From NCBI GenBank assembly GCA_002189035.1, contig CM007991.1, forward strand, positions 4,340,001 to 4,404,000: a stretch of DNA of 64,000 nucleotides, read 5' to 3'. The notes beneath the pieces are model-generated. The model did no database searches and was not told where the DNA came from. It saw only the letters and a program-made list of their open reading frames with translations. Positions 15,769-29,246 of the stretch are shown here, one piece after another (within the stretch, counting starts at the first letter, position 1; each line of letters starts with the position of its first letter). The position numbers and the translations under genes were made by a program. Source of the stretch: Utricularia gibba. Taxonomy: Eukaryota > Plantae > Magnoliophyta.

Positions 15769-16700
15769 CACTATGCTACAATGACACTAGACGTGTCCCC
15801 AAGTTATACCTAAGACTAACAGAAAACCAGTTCCTTCAGCATCAGTGATGAATATAAAAACTGAGAATAAATTTCGGTGCATGAGCTACAGAAGTGCAAG
15901 TTTGCATGTCATTTCATCACTCAAATATGTATGAGTAGATTCCTCTTAAGGAGTGTTTTCGAATATCATACCTTATAGAATTGATCCTTCCAAGGTCACT
16001 TAAGATCACAGTTGACAACCCATTTTTTTTCTTTTTTTTCTTTTCCTTTCTCTTTTTTTTTGGGCTGTGAAGGGGCAGCTTGTTCCAGACTAATCCGGGC
16101 ATAATGTGATTGCCCCTTTTCTTCATCAGAGTGTTGGCTAAGCACTCACACCTTATAACACCGGGCTCCTTCATACTCCTCTGGATTAGTCTATCCCTGC
16201 TCACCCTTTCACTACTTATTGAGTCTGCACATGCTCTTTTAATATGTGCTGCTTTTTGGGACTTGAGTCGCAATTTTTTTCTTCTTCCTTTTTTTTTTCC
16301 GTCGACCCTTTATTCACCTCTCTTTTTTTTCGTGGTTGGCCATCAATTTTGCAATGACTATGAAGTTCAACAATTCATATGAAAGAAACAATCTAGATCA
16401 CACTCCTTAGATTCCTCTAGTCACACACATGCTCTCATAAAATAAAAAGATCAAAATATGCTCTCGGGTAACTGAAAGGTCCACAAAACTCATGCAACAT
16501 AATTCATCTAGCAGCTGTAATGTTCAATCACTTAGCCATCAAAACAGTTTACTGGTATTAAACAAAACCTATAGTAGACACGACTCTAAGTCTAGACTTA
16601 GACTAATAGATACCATTCTTTGACATAAACAGGATCTTAAACATGAAAATAAAATAAAATAAAATAAAAACCTACTATACTAAATCGCCCTAGCGGTAGA

Positions 16701-18541
16701 TTACTTGTTCAGGGAGGCGTCGACCACTCCCTGTTTTAACTCTGTGATCACCCGAATTAAGTCTGAAATTTTGTCGCTCATCACCTCTAATATTTCTAGG
16801 TAGCAGCAGCGTTTTTCTCCTTGAGTTGGGGTTGAGGTTGATGGAGCAGCAATGTCTTCCTTCTTCTTTCTTGGTATAACGCTTACTTCTAGTCCTATCA
16901 AAGATCTAAAAACAAACCCACTTCCTTGGACTTTGATTAGTCCAGCAACTTTCAAAGAATATGCATCCAAGGTTACTGTCTTAGTCTCAACATGGAAGAA
17001 TTCAAGTTTAGACAGTTTTTTCAGGGCAAAGAGTATGAACCAGATGCGTAACAACATGATCAAAGCTTATTCATAATGCAAGCATTATGACACAGACCGC
17101 TTATAATCCCTATTCACAGACCGCTTATTCATAATGCACCATAACACAAATAATTCACGTTTGTAAAGAGCATTAAATCCACATTTTTACTGAAAAGAGT
17201 TGTAGTGACTAACATATGAACATAACGCATGAAAGGATCAACAAACAATTCAGATTTCATTCCCTTTGCCTTAAATTCAATGACATGCCGATCAGTCAAA
17301 ATCCCATAGAATTCTTCAGCATCAAAGTCTGCTGGATAATCAAAGAGGCAGCGAAATCATGCGAATCTACTGCTGTTTTGAACAAAAACCGAGAGCAACA
17401 TTCCACTCAGCCAAAGAAAACGAAAATTTAGTACCCATCAAACGAAAACAAACAGTAGCAGGCTTCAAAACAGTTTCTAGAATTTTGTAAGTAAAAATGG
17501 AGGCAAATTCATATGATAGCTCCACATATGCAGGAAGTTTTAACTCAAATAAAATCATAAAGGTAGAATTCTCAAACATGGTGTAAACCTTGTCTACTAT
17601 GTTCAACTCAACAAGAATCTCGAAATCAATATGATGGCAGGGTAATACCTTAGCACCTTTCACCTCCCATACATGTCCATGTACTCTGCTATCTCAAACT
17701 TCAGGTATTTTTCGTTTAACATATCCGCATGGTGCTTGAAATAGGGGATTCCTTTTCTGGTCATTTGTCTTTGGAACCGCTCCCTTTCCACAACAAATTT
17801 CCCTGCATTCATGACCATAGAGACTAATTTTCGGAGAAATTTCTTTACCTTCTCCATCCCTTCCTGCTCCTCTTCAGTTATGCTCGCAGTAGTTTCTGCA
17901 GGTGGAGTTCCTTGCTCTTTTTGACCTCGGACCAGTGGCTGCACACCCTATTCGCCCGTTTCTTGTGCATGTCCTGTTTTGTTTTCACCTCCAGTCTCCT
18001 CATGATTTTCATTTTCAGCCTCAGGCTCTTCCTCTGCTGCCTCTTCTTCATTTCTGAAAATTCCAGTATTTTCTTTCACGATGGGCAGCACTAATTTTTT
18101 GGATTCAGCATATTTCTTTTTAGGCACAGGTTCCTCTAGCGGACCCTTCTGCTTTTTCGTTCTATGTTTCTTCCCCTTCTTCTTGGGCGAGACTTGTGGC
18201 TCTGTTGGTGGTTCTTCTGCTGAAGCTTTTCTCTTCCTATAAGTCGGTTGCATGTCTCTCAATCGTTGTTGGAGGCTGATATGCTCTGACTTGGGGGATG
18301 GGTCCTTCTGTTTTTTCCGTTTAGAGGACTCCCCAACCTCTGTTGTCTGAGGGATCACGTCTGCTTCTTGAGGATTCTTCGTGGTGACAGCATCAAGCTA
18401 AACTACTTCTTTTTGGGTCGGAACAACAGTGGTGGTTGCTCCAGCATCCCCTATTCCTTCCTTCACTTGCTCCTTTCTCATCTTTTTCCGGCCAGACTTC
18501 TCCTTTGTGGCCTTCTTTGTGCTTCGTGTCGCCGGCATCAT
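16701..18541 (-). pseudogene. Athila accessory ORF downstream of pol (env-like / ATHILA ORF family), disrupted
   Basis: ATG at 18541 (MMPATRSTKKATKEKSG). A charged low-complexity N-half (18541-17948) is followed by FERQMTRKG..., DFEILVELN, LPAYVELSYEFAS and FRLMGTKFSFSLAEWNVALG, and ends ELKQGVVDASLNK* at 16701. Several stops and frameshifts. Confidence 0.7.
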
Positions 18542-18845
18542 GTTTCTTCAGCTGTAATTTTTCGCAAGAAAATCGCAGGCAAATGGGTGAAGTGAAGAAC
18601 AGTAACTGTTCTTCCAGGTAATTTTAAGCATGAAGGGCATTTTTGTCATTCCCCTCCAGTGCAACTTCCCCATTAATAACTCCCTTTAACACCTAATAGT
18701 CATTTCCTAGTAGCACAAAATACGGATAAAATTCCTAAAATAACAACATTAAACTAGAAATTAAAATGCTAAAATTAAAACTTAACCATGAGTTACCTCC
18801 CGCAAGCACCCTTGTTTAGAGTCTTGGACCTGACTTCTCGTGCGG

Positions 18846-21800
18846 CTACGTTTCTTGAGCGTCCATCAGCTTAGTCACCTCCAGATTTCCTATGAACATG
18901 TTAGCATTTTCATAAAAAACTTTAAAGCGATGCCCATTTACCAAAAATCCTTTATTTGAATCTCTATCAAATATCTCCATGGCATCATTTGGAAAAATTT
19001 CTTTCACAACAAAAGTCCCTATCCATCTGGATTTCAGTTTCCTAAGATGCAACTTCAACCCCGATTGGAATAATAAGACTTTCTGGCCAATCTTGAAATT
19101 TCTCCTGAAAATATGCACATCATGATAACTCTTAATCCGAGCCTTGAATAATTTTGAGCTCTCGTACGCATCATTTCTCAACTTCTCCAGTTCTGAAAGT
19201 TGGAGCTTCCTGTGACTTGCACTAAGGTTCCTGTCCAAGTTCAACTTATTTACAGCCCACCAAGCTTTGTGCTCAAGAGCTATTGGTAGTCTACAAGGCT
19301 TCCCATAGACCAACCGAAATGGTGAGGTCCCAATGGGAGTCTTGTATGCTATTCTTATTGTCCAAAGTGCGTCCTTTAACCTCATACTCCAATCTTTCTT
19401 GCTTGGGTTTAAACCTTTCTCCAGAATTTGCCCATTGGTTTGTGGATGGTACACTGCAAAAGGCTTGTACCAAATATTAAAATGCTTCAAAACACTCCTT
19501 AAGGCCTGATTGTAAAAATGGGTTCCCCTATCACTGATCAGTGCCTTAGGAGTTCTGTGTCTCGTGAAGATGTTGTTGCGCAAGAAATTAATCAAAGTCT
19601 TGGCATCATCAGTCCGTGCAGGGATTTCCTCAATCCATTTGGACACATAATCAACCGCAACCAAAATGTAATTGTAACCTGCTGAAGTAGGAAATGGTCT
19701 AATAAAATCTATACCCCATACATCAAATAATTCACATACCAGAATTCCTTGTTGAGGCATTTCGTTTCTATTTGATAAATTTCCTACCCTTTGGCATGGT
19801 TCACAACATTTGCAATAGGCGTAACAATCTCTGAAAATGTGAGGCTAATAGAATCTACAATCTAGAATTTTTCTTGCTATTCTATTCGGTCCATGATGGC
19901 TACCAAAAGGTCCTGCATGACAAGAATCAATTATTTTTGGAATTTCATTTTCATGAATGCACCTTCGAATGACGCCATCATTGCATCTCTTGCATAAATA
20001 TGGATCATCTCATATGTAGTATTTGGCATCATTCTTCAGCTTGTTTCTCGCATGATAGTCCATTCTAGGTGGCATCACCCCTGTTGAAACAAAGTTTGCA
20101 AGATCAGCAAACCACGAATAATGTATAGTAGTCCGAACTGAGAATAGCTGTTCATCTAGGAACATCTCAGTGATGATTCCATCTCCTTCACTTCCTTCAA
20201 TCATACTAAGATGATCAGCCACAAGGTTCTCCCGTCCAAGCCTATCCTTTATCTCAACATCAAACTCTATAACTAGAAGGACCCATCTAATAAGTCTTGG
20301 TTTGGAGTCCTTCTTCTCCATCAAGTACTTTACTGCTGAATGATCAGTGTATACCACCACTTTGCTACCTAAAAGAAAAGAACAAATTTTTCCAAGGCAA
20401 AAATAACAGCAAGAAATTCCCTTTCAGTGATGATATAGTTTTTCTGAGCTTCATCCAAGGTTTTTGAAGCATAAGAAATGACATGGTGCTTTCCTTCAAT
20501 TTTCTATCTCAAAACAGCACCCACAGCATGAATACTTGCATCACACATGATCTCAAAATCATATTTCCAATCAGGTGGTTGCATCACGGGTGCAGTAGTA
20601 ACAGCCTTTTTCAAAGAATTAAAAGCATGCTTACATGAATCATCAAAATCAAAGGGAACATCATTATGCAACAACCTACCAAGAGGCAAGGCAATTTTCG
20701 AAAAATTCTTAATAAACCTCCTATAAAAACTAACATGTCCTAAAAATAATTTAATACCTTTCACATCAATAGGATAAGGAGGTTCAGAAATAATCTCAAT
20801 TTTTGCCTTATCAACCTCAATCCCTTTTTTAGAAATCACATGTCCTAAAACAATTCCATGATTTATCATAAAATGACATTTTTCAGAATTTAAAACTAAA
20901 TTTTTCTCCACACATTTCTTTAAAACCTTATCTAAATGGTCCAAGCATGACTCAAAATTCTCTCCATATACCATAAAATCATTCATAAATATTTCAATAA
21001 AATCATCACCAAAATTAGAGAAAATACTAGTCATACACCTCTGAAATGTAGCTAGGGCGTTACACAATCCGAAAGGCATCCTCCTATAAGCATAAAATCC
21101 AAATAGACATGTGAAGGTTGTCTTGTCTTGGTCCTGGCCTAAAATAGGAACCGGATTATATCCAGAAAACAATAAAACGATTTTCCAGCCAATTTTCCCA
21201 ACATCTAATCAATAAAAGGCAAAGGATAATGATCTTTCTTTGTCACTTCATTTAATTTTCGATAATCAATGCAAACATGCCATCCATTTCGCACCCTTTG
21301 TGGAACAAGCTCGCTTTTCTCATTCTCCACCATGGTCATCCCTGTCTTCTTTGGCACAACATGAATGGGACTCACCCATTCACTATCTGTGATAGGGTAA
21401 ATAATCCATGCATCATGGAGTTTAACAATTTCTTTTCTTATCACCACCATCATGTTTGGGTTGAGGCATCTATGGAGTTGGCGAACTGGTTTTGCACCAT
21501 CCTCTAGAAATATTCAATGCATGCATATGGATGGACAGATCCCCCTCAATGTCATCGAGCGCCCAACCTATTGCCTTCTTGTTTCTGTTCAGTGCATCGA
21601 GCAGTTGTGACTCTTGGTCTGGGCTCAGACCAGTGGAGATGATAACCGGGTTCCTAAACTCTGCATCAAGAAAAACGTATTTTAAATGATTAGGCAATGG
21701 TTTCAATTCAGCTAACCTCTCTTTCTGAGTCTTGGCTTGCACCATATTTAATTGCTCGAATTTTTCTTCATCTTCCAATTTTGCAAATAAGGATTCTTCA

Positions 21801-24074
21801 TGAGCCTCTTCTTTTTCTTGAATTTCCTTCTTCAAGTGCTCCTCAATGAGTTCGTCCATTACATCCACAACACAAATGCTCTCAAAATCACTGGGATAAT
21901 TGTTCGCATCCTTCATGTCCAGTGTCATTTTGTCTTCATCAAAAGAAAGCTCAATAATTCCCATTTTCACGTTGATGATGGCATTTGAAGTGCTCAAGAA
22001 TGGTCTACCCAAGATAATTGTCGTGTCCTTTGAAACTTCAGTGGGCATGTTAACCACATAAAAATCAGCTGGGAACACCAGATGCTCAATTTTCACAAGA
22101 ACATCCTCAACCAAGCCTTTGGGAGAAATCACTCTCCATCCGCTAGCTCAATTTGTACACTCGATGGTTGCAAAGGTCCCAACCTAAGTGCCTCATAAAC
22201 ACAATTTGACATGACATTTATAGAAGTTCCCAGGTCTGCCATAGCTCTCCTGATGCACAAATCTCCTATCTCGCATGAGACAAAAAATGTACCCGGATCT
22301 TTACGCTTTTCGGGTAATTTCCATGTTAAAAGTGTTGAGCAGCTTTGACTCAATTTTACCTTCCCCTTCTCTTTCAGCTTAGGTTTGGGCATACACAATT
22401 GCTTCAAATATTTGATACTCTTTGGCACAAGATCAATATACTTCAAGAGAGTTAAATTCAATTGAGTGTTTCCTAATGCTTTCAACATTTTCTCTTTTTC
22501 GCTTTGCTCTTATTTCAGCTTCAACCTTCCTGGAAAAGGAGGCTGGGTCACCTTCACCGTGATAGGTTCTAGAAGTACCTCAACTTCATCCTCACTCTGT
22601 ACAACAACTTCGTACTCCTCTGTTTCATTCTCCTTAGTCTCAGGCTGGACTAGTTCTCATCCAGGTTTCTCTCTTCCACTTCTAAGTGTCATGGCGCTTA
22701 TATTCGGCCTTCCACTGGAATTTGGATTTGGCTTGGGTAGAGATGGCAAACTCCCTTTCTGTTTCAAGTCTCCAAGCTCTGCTGCCAACTGACTCACTTG
22801 AACCTCCAAATTCCGAATTGCTTGTTGATTTTCAGCTTGATTCTTGATTGATTGCGCAATGAATGTCTTCAACATTTCTTCCAATGAATTTCCAAAATTC
22901 CCTCCAGCATTGATTTAATTTGGGACTTGGAATGGCTGCTAGTTCTATTGGTTTTGCCTTCGAAATGGAGGCGCCTGATAAGATCTTTGCTCTTGAAAAT
23001 TCTGCTGCCTCATGGTTGAGCTCTCCCCTTTGTAAGAATTTTCGTTGTTGCTCCAACAGAAATTTCGGTGATCCCTCCAACCTAGGTTGTAAGTATTTGA
23101 ATATGGGTCATATTTCTTCCTCTGCTGGGGTTCCAAATATCCCATAGCCTTGACATGCTCTTCCTCAAATAAATCTGGGCACTTGTCCGCGACATGCTCT
23201 GTTCTGTGACAGTTCCTACACGGCATGTTCTTAGCCTAGAATAAAAATAGCTCCTTCATCATTTCTAACATAGCAGCAACGTTTTTCGTGACTTCAGTCT
23301 TGAAATCCTGGGCTTGCTCTCCACTTCATACACCCTCTTGTTTGAGGTTCGCTTCCTAATAATATGTCTCAAATGCTCAGCTAGCTCCTCAAGCAAGGAA
23401 AGAGCTTCGATTGGTGTCTTTTTCCTTAAAAATCCTCCTGCCGCTGAATCTACCATTACTCGGTCAGTGCACAAGAGTCCATCATAGAAGTATTTGACCA
23501 AAGCATTGGTCTGAAAACCATGGTTTGGACAGGAACCCAAAAGATGGTTAAATCTCTTCCAATATTCGTGCAATGATTCTCCACTCATTTGTTCAACATT
23601 ACTATTTTTTTTTCTAATTCCTTCAGCCTTGGAAGCTGGAAAATATTTGCTCAAAAACACCTTCTTCATTCCAGCACAATCGGTTATGTTTCCAAGCCTT
23701 AGTGAGTTGAAACAAGTTTTGGCTCCTCCTTCTAAAGTAAACTGGAAGGCTCTCAAACAAATGGAATCTTTAGTCATTCAAGCTCCCTTGAATGATGTGC
23801 ACACTGATGTTACATTGTCAAGATGCTCATGAGGGTTTTCTCCAATTTATCCATAAAACTTGGACAAAAAATTGATCATTGCTGGTTTCAACTCATTTGC
23901 TCCATCCTCTAGAAATCTGATGCACAGACCCCTATAAGTATGATTAGCAGCATCTAATTCGTTCAAGGTCTTCTCAAGTTCAGCCATTCTGAAATTGCTA
24001 TTAGTCTCGGGTGGGAGTTGCCTTGATCTGCTTGCTTCCCTAACTCTCACCCTTCTTGCTGATAGTTCTCTCAA
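18846..24074 (-). pseudogene. Athila gag-pol polyprotein, fragmented
   Basis: ORF pieces 24074-23847, 23777-23265 and 23226-22945 (gag); 22488-22129 and 22132-21470 (PR); 21453-21205 and 21172-20504 (RT); 20360-20010 (RH); 19760-18846 (INT). Confidence 0.93.
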
Positions 24075-24154
24075 TTTCTGGGAAGAAAGTGAGATTACCT
24101 ACACCAGAAGAACGTAAATGCATCAACTAAAAATGCAAAACAATTAAACACTGC

Positions 24155-24172
24155 TCCCCGGCAACGGCTCCA
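24155..24172 (-). promoter_or_regulatory. Primer binding site complementary to the tRNA-Asp(GUC) 3' end
   Basis: Minus strand TGGAGCCGTTGCCGGGGA lies 3 nt after the LTR end (TATCA) and matches 17/18 to the complement of plant tRNA-Asp ...TCCCCGGCAACGGCGCCA (recalled sequence). Typical of Athila. Confidence 0.85.
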
Positions 24173-24175
24173 ATT

Positions 24176-25557
24176 TGATAAACGGAAATTTTAGCATATC
24201 ATTGCAAATAAAGCAAACTTCCGCATCAAATAAATTTATACTCCCTAATCTACACAAAATACAAATTTAGAAAAACTTATATAGTGTATGTCGGGTCGAT
24301 CACGAAAAGATTGTGCTTTCTAAGTGTTTTAGTAAATGTACAATTCGGAATAACAGTAAGTCTTAGTCTAAGCCCGGACCAACAGTGGTAAACAAGTTTG
24401 GTAAACAAGATCAGGTTTCAATGCAAAAGGTAACAACTACTGGTTTCAACTCAGAATAATATGTAGATGCCTTAAGGATCTGCAGGTGATGTGGGATTAA
24501 AATATCTAAGTTAAATTATCATGTTCTTACACTCACAACTTCAAATCACCTAGGTCTACCCAGGTTATTTGTCATATTTTCGGCTAAGCTAGTCTCCAAT
24601 ATCATCACCAACTTTACAACTAGGCCTAGCGACATGCAAAGTGAATAGAACTAGGTCTACCTGGTTCTACTGGTTCTACCCCGGACTAAAAGCTACTGCG
24701 CCCGCCTTAATTTGTTGGTCTACCTCTAAACCAAGCTTCTTAGTTGCAAAGTTACTTGTTCCCCTCCTTAGGTCTACCGATGGAATGATAGAAACAAGAA
24801 CTAAGAAATAATAGTGAATTTTACTAAGAATCCTAGACCAACACCACCATTTTTCACCTTAAGACATCCTTAGGGTTCTAGCTACTCATACTTTGAAGGT
24901 TAAACATGATAGCATTAACATAAAACAACGAAAATGTCAAAAACATTGTGAAAATGTCAAAAACAACGAAAATGTCAGCAACTAAAGTAAAGCAGTAAGA
25001 GTTCAGTTTTCCGTTTGCTGCTGTTCCCTGGCCGGAACAGTAGTCCTGGACTAGGTTCTGATGTTGTTCTTGAGGGTGAAGTCCATCTTCTCCTCCCTTG
25101 GTTTGCTCTTTGTGTTGGAGTTGAAGGAGAAGCCCCCTCAAGTGCTCTCCGTGCCCCCCCCCCCCCCCCCTAGCTGCTTGTTTGTTACTACCATTCTCTC
25201 TCTCCTTCTCCAAAAATATCTTCCCTCATTTACTCCCACGTCACTGTTCTTGACGCCATCACTGTTCTCGGCTTGAACTTGCAAACTGCAGGTGGCAAAA
25301 CAGTGCTCTTTGTCCCCTGCAGCTTGGTGACTTGCACGAAATTCAGATTTCTTCCTTGACTTTCGGGTTGCTGCGAGACTCCAAAATCGAGTTAGACATG
25401 GGGTGGGCTAAATCAAAGGATTTAGCCCACTAATACACCAAAAATCATATTTTCCCTAATCAAGTAAAAACACTAAAAACTATAAAATTAACATTTAAAC
25501 ATAATTAAAAATTTATGATTTTTCATATCCTAAAACATGAAAATTTGTGTGTTATCA
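24176..25557 (-). repeat. Athila 5' LTR (1382 bp)
   Basis: TGATAAC...TATCA termini on the minus strand, directly followed by the PBS. Contains C17 (25154-25170) and repeated GGTCTACC motifs. Confidence 0.9.
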
Positions 25558-25729
25558 CTAATATTAAAGGCTGCATTTAATTATCTCATAGGCATGTATA
25601 ATACCCTCATAAGGTATGTTCCTCACGTATAGGAGCTGTCCTATTCAGTTATCATTAACATACCTTGGAATAGCATGAGTAAACCGTAACCCTTCAAGTA
25701 AAGTACGCATGTCACCATTAACATTTAGT

Positions 25730-26720
25730 GATACATCATCCCTATTAGTATCCGAATAAGGGTTTGAAAAAACAGCATTATTTTCCTAAAAAATATAGGG
25801 TTAATTTTGATATATAACCAAGTGTATGATAGAGAGGAATAGCAAAAATGACTTACCGGATTTTTCATTGACTTATAAGGTGAGTCATCAATCAATAAGG
25901 TATTGTGACAATTGTATCGTGTGTTGAATCCATTGTTAATACCCCATACACAGCTCAACTCCTTCATGTAGACTGTGTTGTTAGGATTCTTGTGAACATG
26001 TACATCTATGTCTGTAGTCATCAATTGTTCTCACACAAAAATGAGTTTATCGAATAACGAAGGTGAAAAGATCTATCTAGTGATTGCTTGCAGCTGCTCC
26101 CTATAAAAGAAATCATTTGCAAATATTTGCGCAATTCTAAATACCAAAACAAAAAGATGTAACACACGTACCCGCCACGGGATGATCATAAGGCTACATC
26201 AAAATTATTGAAACATCACCTAATAAAATCACGTGCATATGGATGTAGAAAGACTGCATAAATTACACTAAAAACTACCTATGATATCTCACAAAGTGTT
26301 AATATATATAATACACAAAAATAAATAGTGTTAATGTACCTAATCGACCATATATGATTTTGTCTGGAGGGATTCGTACACTTGACGTTCTAGCCCTATA
26401 TACAATGTCTACAAGCATATCATTTACGTCCAAGATAATCAGCTTTCATTGTGGCTTAGAGGAACTCAAAGAGGGTCTGGTATACGACCAACAGTTCTCA
26501 TACCAATCCAATTTATGGCGAAGCTATTCATTCTCCTTTGTTATAAATGAGAGTTTATCATCCACATCATTGAGATCATGCGTGTACTCGTCCCCTTCAA
26601 TGTCATTACCATCTTCTATCCTCTCATCCCTAAATACGTTTTCATTCTTCTTGGGTGTTCTAGGATTCTTAAACATACCATACCAATAACATTTTGTCCC
26701 CGGTGTATCCACAAATGGTG
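25730..26720 (-). pseudogene. FCP1/NIF-like (HAD, CTD-phosphatase-like) gene, pseudogenised, intron-containing
   Basis: Minus-strand pieces *KLIILDVNDMLVDIVY (about 26445-26340), FLHPYARDFIR*CFNNFDVAL*SSR (about 26250-26170), KLIFV*EQ...YMKELSCVW...NTLLIDDSPYKSMKNP (26120-25855) and NAVFSNPY follow the plant FCP1-homology pattern (KKLLxLDxNGLL, VFKRP..DFL.FCF..F.V.IWSS, KLLFCWDQ, NTLLxDDSPYK..NP). Several in-frame stops. Confidence 0.75.
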
Positions 26721-26819
26721 GTAAAATATCAATAAAATTCCTTTGCATACTTGAGAAGATGAATATAAGATTTTGTACATTTCTCTTGTGCAAGATATCA
26801 AATATTATAATAAGAATAG

Positions 26820-27090
26820 ATAAAATAAAAATACTCAATAAAAGTATTCAATAAAAATATTCAATTAGATTAGATTCAATAAATATATACTGAATAAAAA
26901 TAAATTCAATAAAAATATTTAATAAAACTAGACTCAATAAATATACACTCAATAAGAAGATTAAAAAAATATTCAATAAAAATATATTTAATATTAAAAA
27001 TATATTTAAAAAATATTCAATAAATATATTCAATAAGAATATATTCAATAAGAATAGATTCGATAAAAATATTTAATAAAAATATAGAAT
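26820..27090. repeat. AT-rich degenerate minisatellite (about 14-16 bp units, core a(t/c)tcaataa)
   Basis: More than 10 visible copies of variants of aaaatattcaataa. Confidence 0.7.
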
Positions 27091-29246
27091 ATTTTAATTC
27101 ACATTTCTTCTACATATATAATGAAAGATTTATCTTTCAACTTGACTATTCAACTTGGGTTCCATTGGAGGACGTATCCAAATAAAACTTGTCCACTATT
27201 CTTCAAATTCTCTTCTCACATCTTTCACCAGCACCAACCTTTTTTTCCCATTTAAAGTATAGTGGCTTATATCGAAAGTCCTAGAACATACACTCACACC
27301 AAAAAAATAATGAAGTTCCACTTCAATAAACAACTCTTTACAAATATTCACAAAGGTCAGCACATATGTAATAAGTCTTTGAATTAAATGAGACAAAGGA
27401 ATATCTAAACATTCTGATATTTCTTCTAAAATAGTCATAATGGTAAACGCAAATCACAACAAAAATGCTCTGTGCTTAAGTCAAATCCCATTGGACCCAC
27501 ATGGGATGTAAGTTCACTCTCAATCAACTCATCTGGTTGTTTATCCCAAACCTCATATTCATTCGATTTCAAGAATTTAGTTATCAATTTTTTAGAAGTT
27601 TGCATCTACAAATACCCATAGATATTGTATAAAAAAATAGACCACAATAATTTCAAAAGAAATTTCAATTTGGAACTTAGATCAACAACCCATGGTGAAA
27701 AATAAATTACTTACCTTATTTAATTTAAACAATATTCAAAGTAGGTGGTGGGATTGTAGGGCGTCCAATCGCTTTTGACTAGGGGGGGGGGGGGAAGTGA
27801 TAAGAAAATTTTATTACCAGATAGTTGGATATTAAGGTTGTCTTAATTGACAACGTGCAGAGTGGGTAGAATAGAGATCAGGGTGGTGATGTGTAACGTT
27901 ATTTATGGGTGTGTAGGAATTGAAAATTAAAATTAATTAAAAAAATATACAAACATTAAAAACGATTAATTAAAATATTGAAAATTTTAATTTTCATTAA
28001 TTATAAATTTTCATAAAAATAGTATTATCAAAACAAAATATTTTATGTATTATAAAATCTAAATGTTATATATATATATATAACTTAGGCTATTTAATAA
28101 CAGAATAAATAAAGTAGTACTATTACACGAAGGTTTCTGAAACAGGGCCATATAGCAAACAGATTTTTGGGAGAAACCTACTTGGCCAATTTAACTCCCA
28201 TCTGCATTCTCCCCTTTTCTTCCTTACCCTGGCAAGTCTTTGTGAAATAACTCTATCAAACACATACTATATAAATAGTAATTAAGTCTTCTCTTTCCTA
28301 ATTATGTATATATTTTTTGCTCATGTGTCCCTTTATCATTGGTACACCTTATTAGTCATTCCATTCAAATATGATTTCACTCATGTCCAATACAAGTAAA
28401 TTTAAATATTAGATTCATGTGTATCCTTATTGCAAAAAATAAAGATTAAAAAATATAATAAATCAACTTGTCACTCATTAACTTTCAGTATTTTGATTCA
28501 TTTTTCTTAAATTCTTTTATTTTTTCTAGTTATTCATTTGTTGTAAGTATATATCAATTATTTCTTGCATTATCCTTGATGGTGATCCATCCTAATAACT
28601 CTAAACACCACTCATAAAAGATATATTTGTAATTTTATACGTTAACTCGGATTGAACTTGCTATAAATATATTATAAAAAATAAAAATAATGTATATTTC
28701 TAAATTTTATTATAAAAAATATTGAACTCAAATCTAAAAAAATAATGAAATTGGATTGAATCAAGTCGAACCTTAAGTTCAACCCATAATTTTAAAATAA
28801 TGTTAACAACTATCTTAATGTTTATAGTTCAATGTAAAGTTAATATTTTTCTATCATAATTATTCATGCATATATTTCATTTGATTTCTTTCACTATCAT
28901 ATCTTCTTATAGAAGAGTGTTCATAAACTCTTCTAAATATTCATCTAAATTCACACTCGGAGTTCCTCGCCACAATTTGGAGTCAGCGACACGGTCCCAC
29001 ATAATGAAATCCCTTCAAAATAATAATGTATTTTTTAATCTAATCATTAATAATTTTTGACATATAAAATAATTTTTTTAATGCTTGAGGATGAAGCAAA
29101 ATAAGGTAAGAATATGTAAGTAAATTTACTTAATTACAAGCAATAAACTATGGTATAAGATCGCTCTTTTTCTTGGTCTAACGCAAGAAAAAGGCGCCAG
29201 CGTGGAAGCCAACCACACAAAAAAGAATCTCTCTTGTTGTCCAATC

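Larger units (their letters stand above)
15769..25557 (-). mobile_element. Decayed Ty3/gypsy LTR retrotransposon, Athila lineage
   Basis: On the minus strand: 5' LTR 25557-24176, tRNA-Asp PBS, gag (retrotrans-gag-like, CRNCHRTEHVADKC knuckle), aspartic protease (RAMADLGTSINVM), RT (VCIDYRKLN, YRRMPFGLCNA), RNase H ([23 protein letters not shown]), integrase (WGIDF, ISDRGTHF, YHPQTNGQ, KLKSRWIGTF), accessory ORF and 3' non-coding region. The RT-RH-INT order is gypsy-type. Many stops and frameshifts. Confidence 0.95.
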
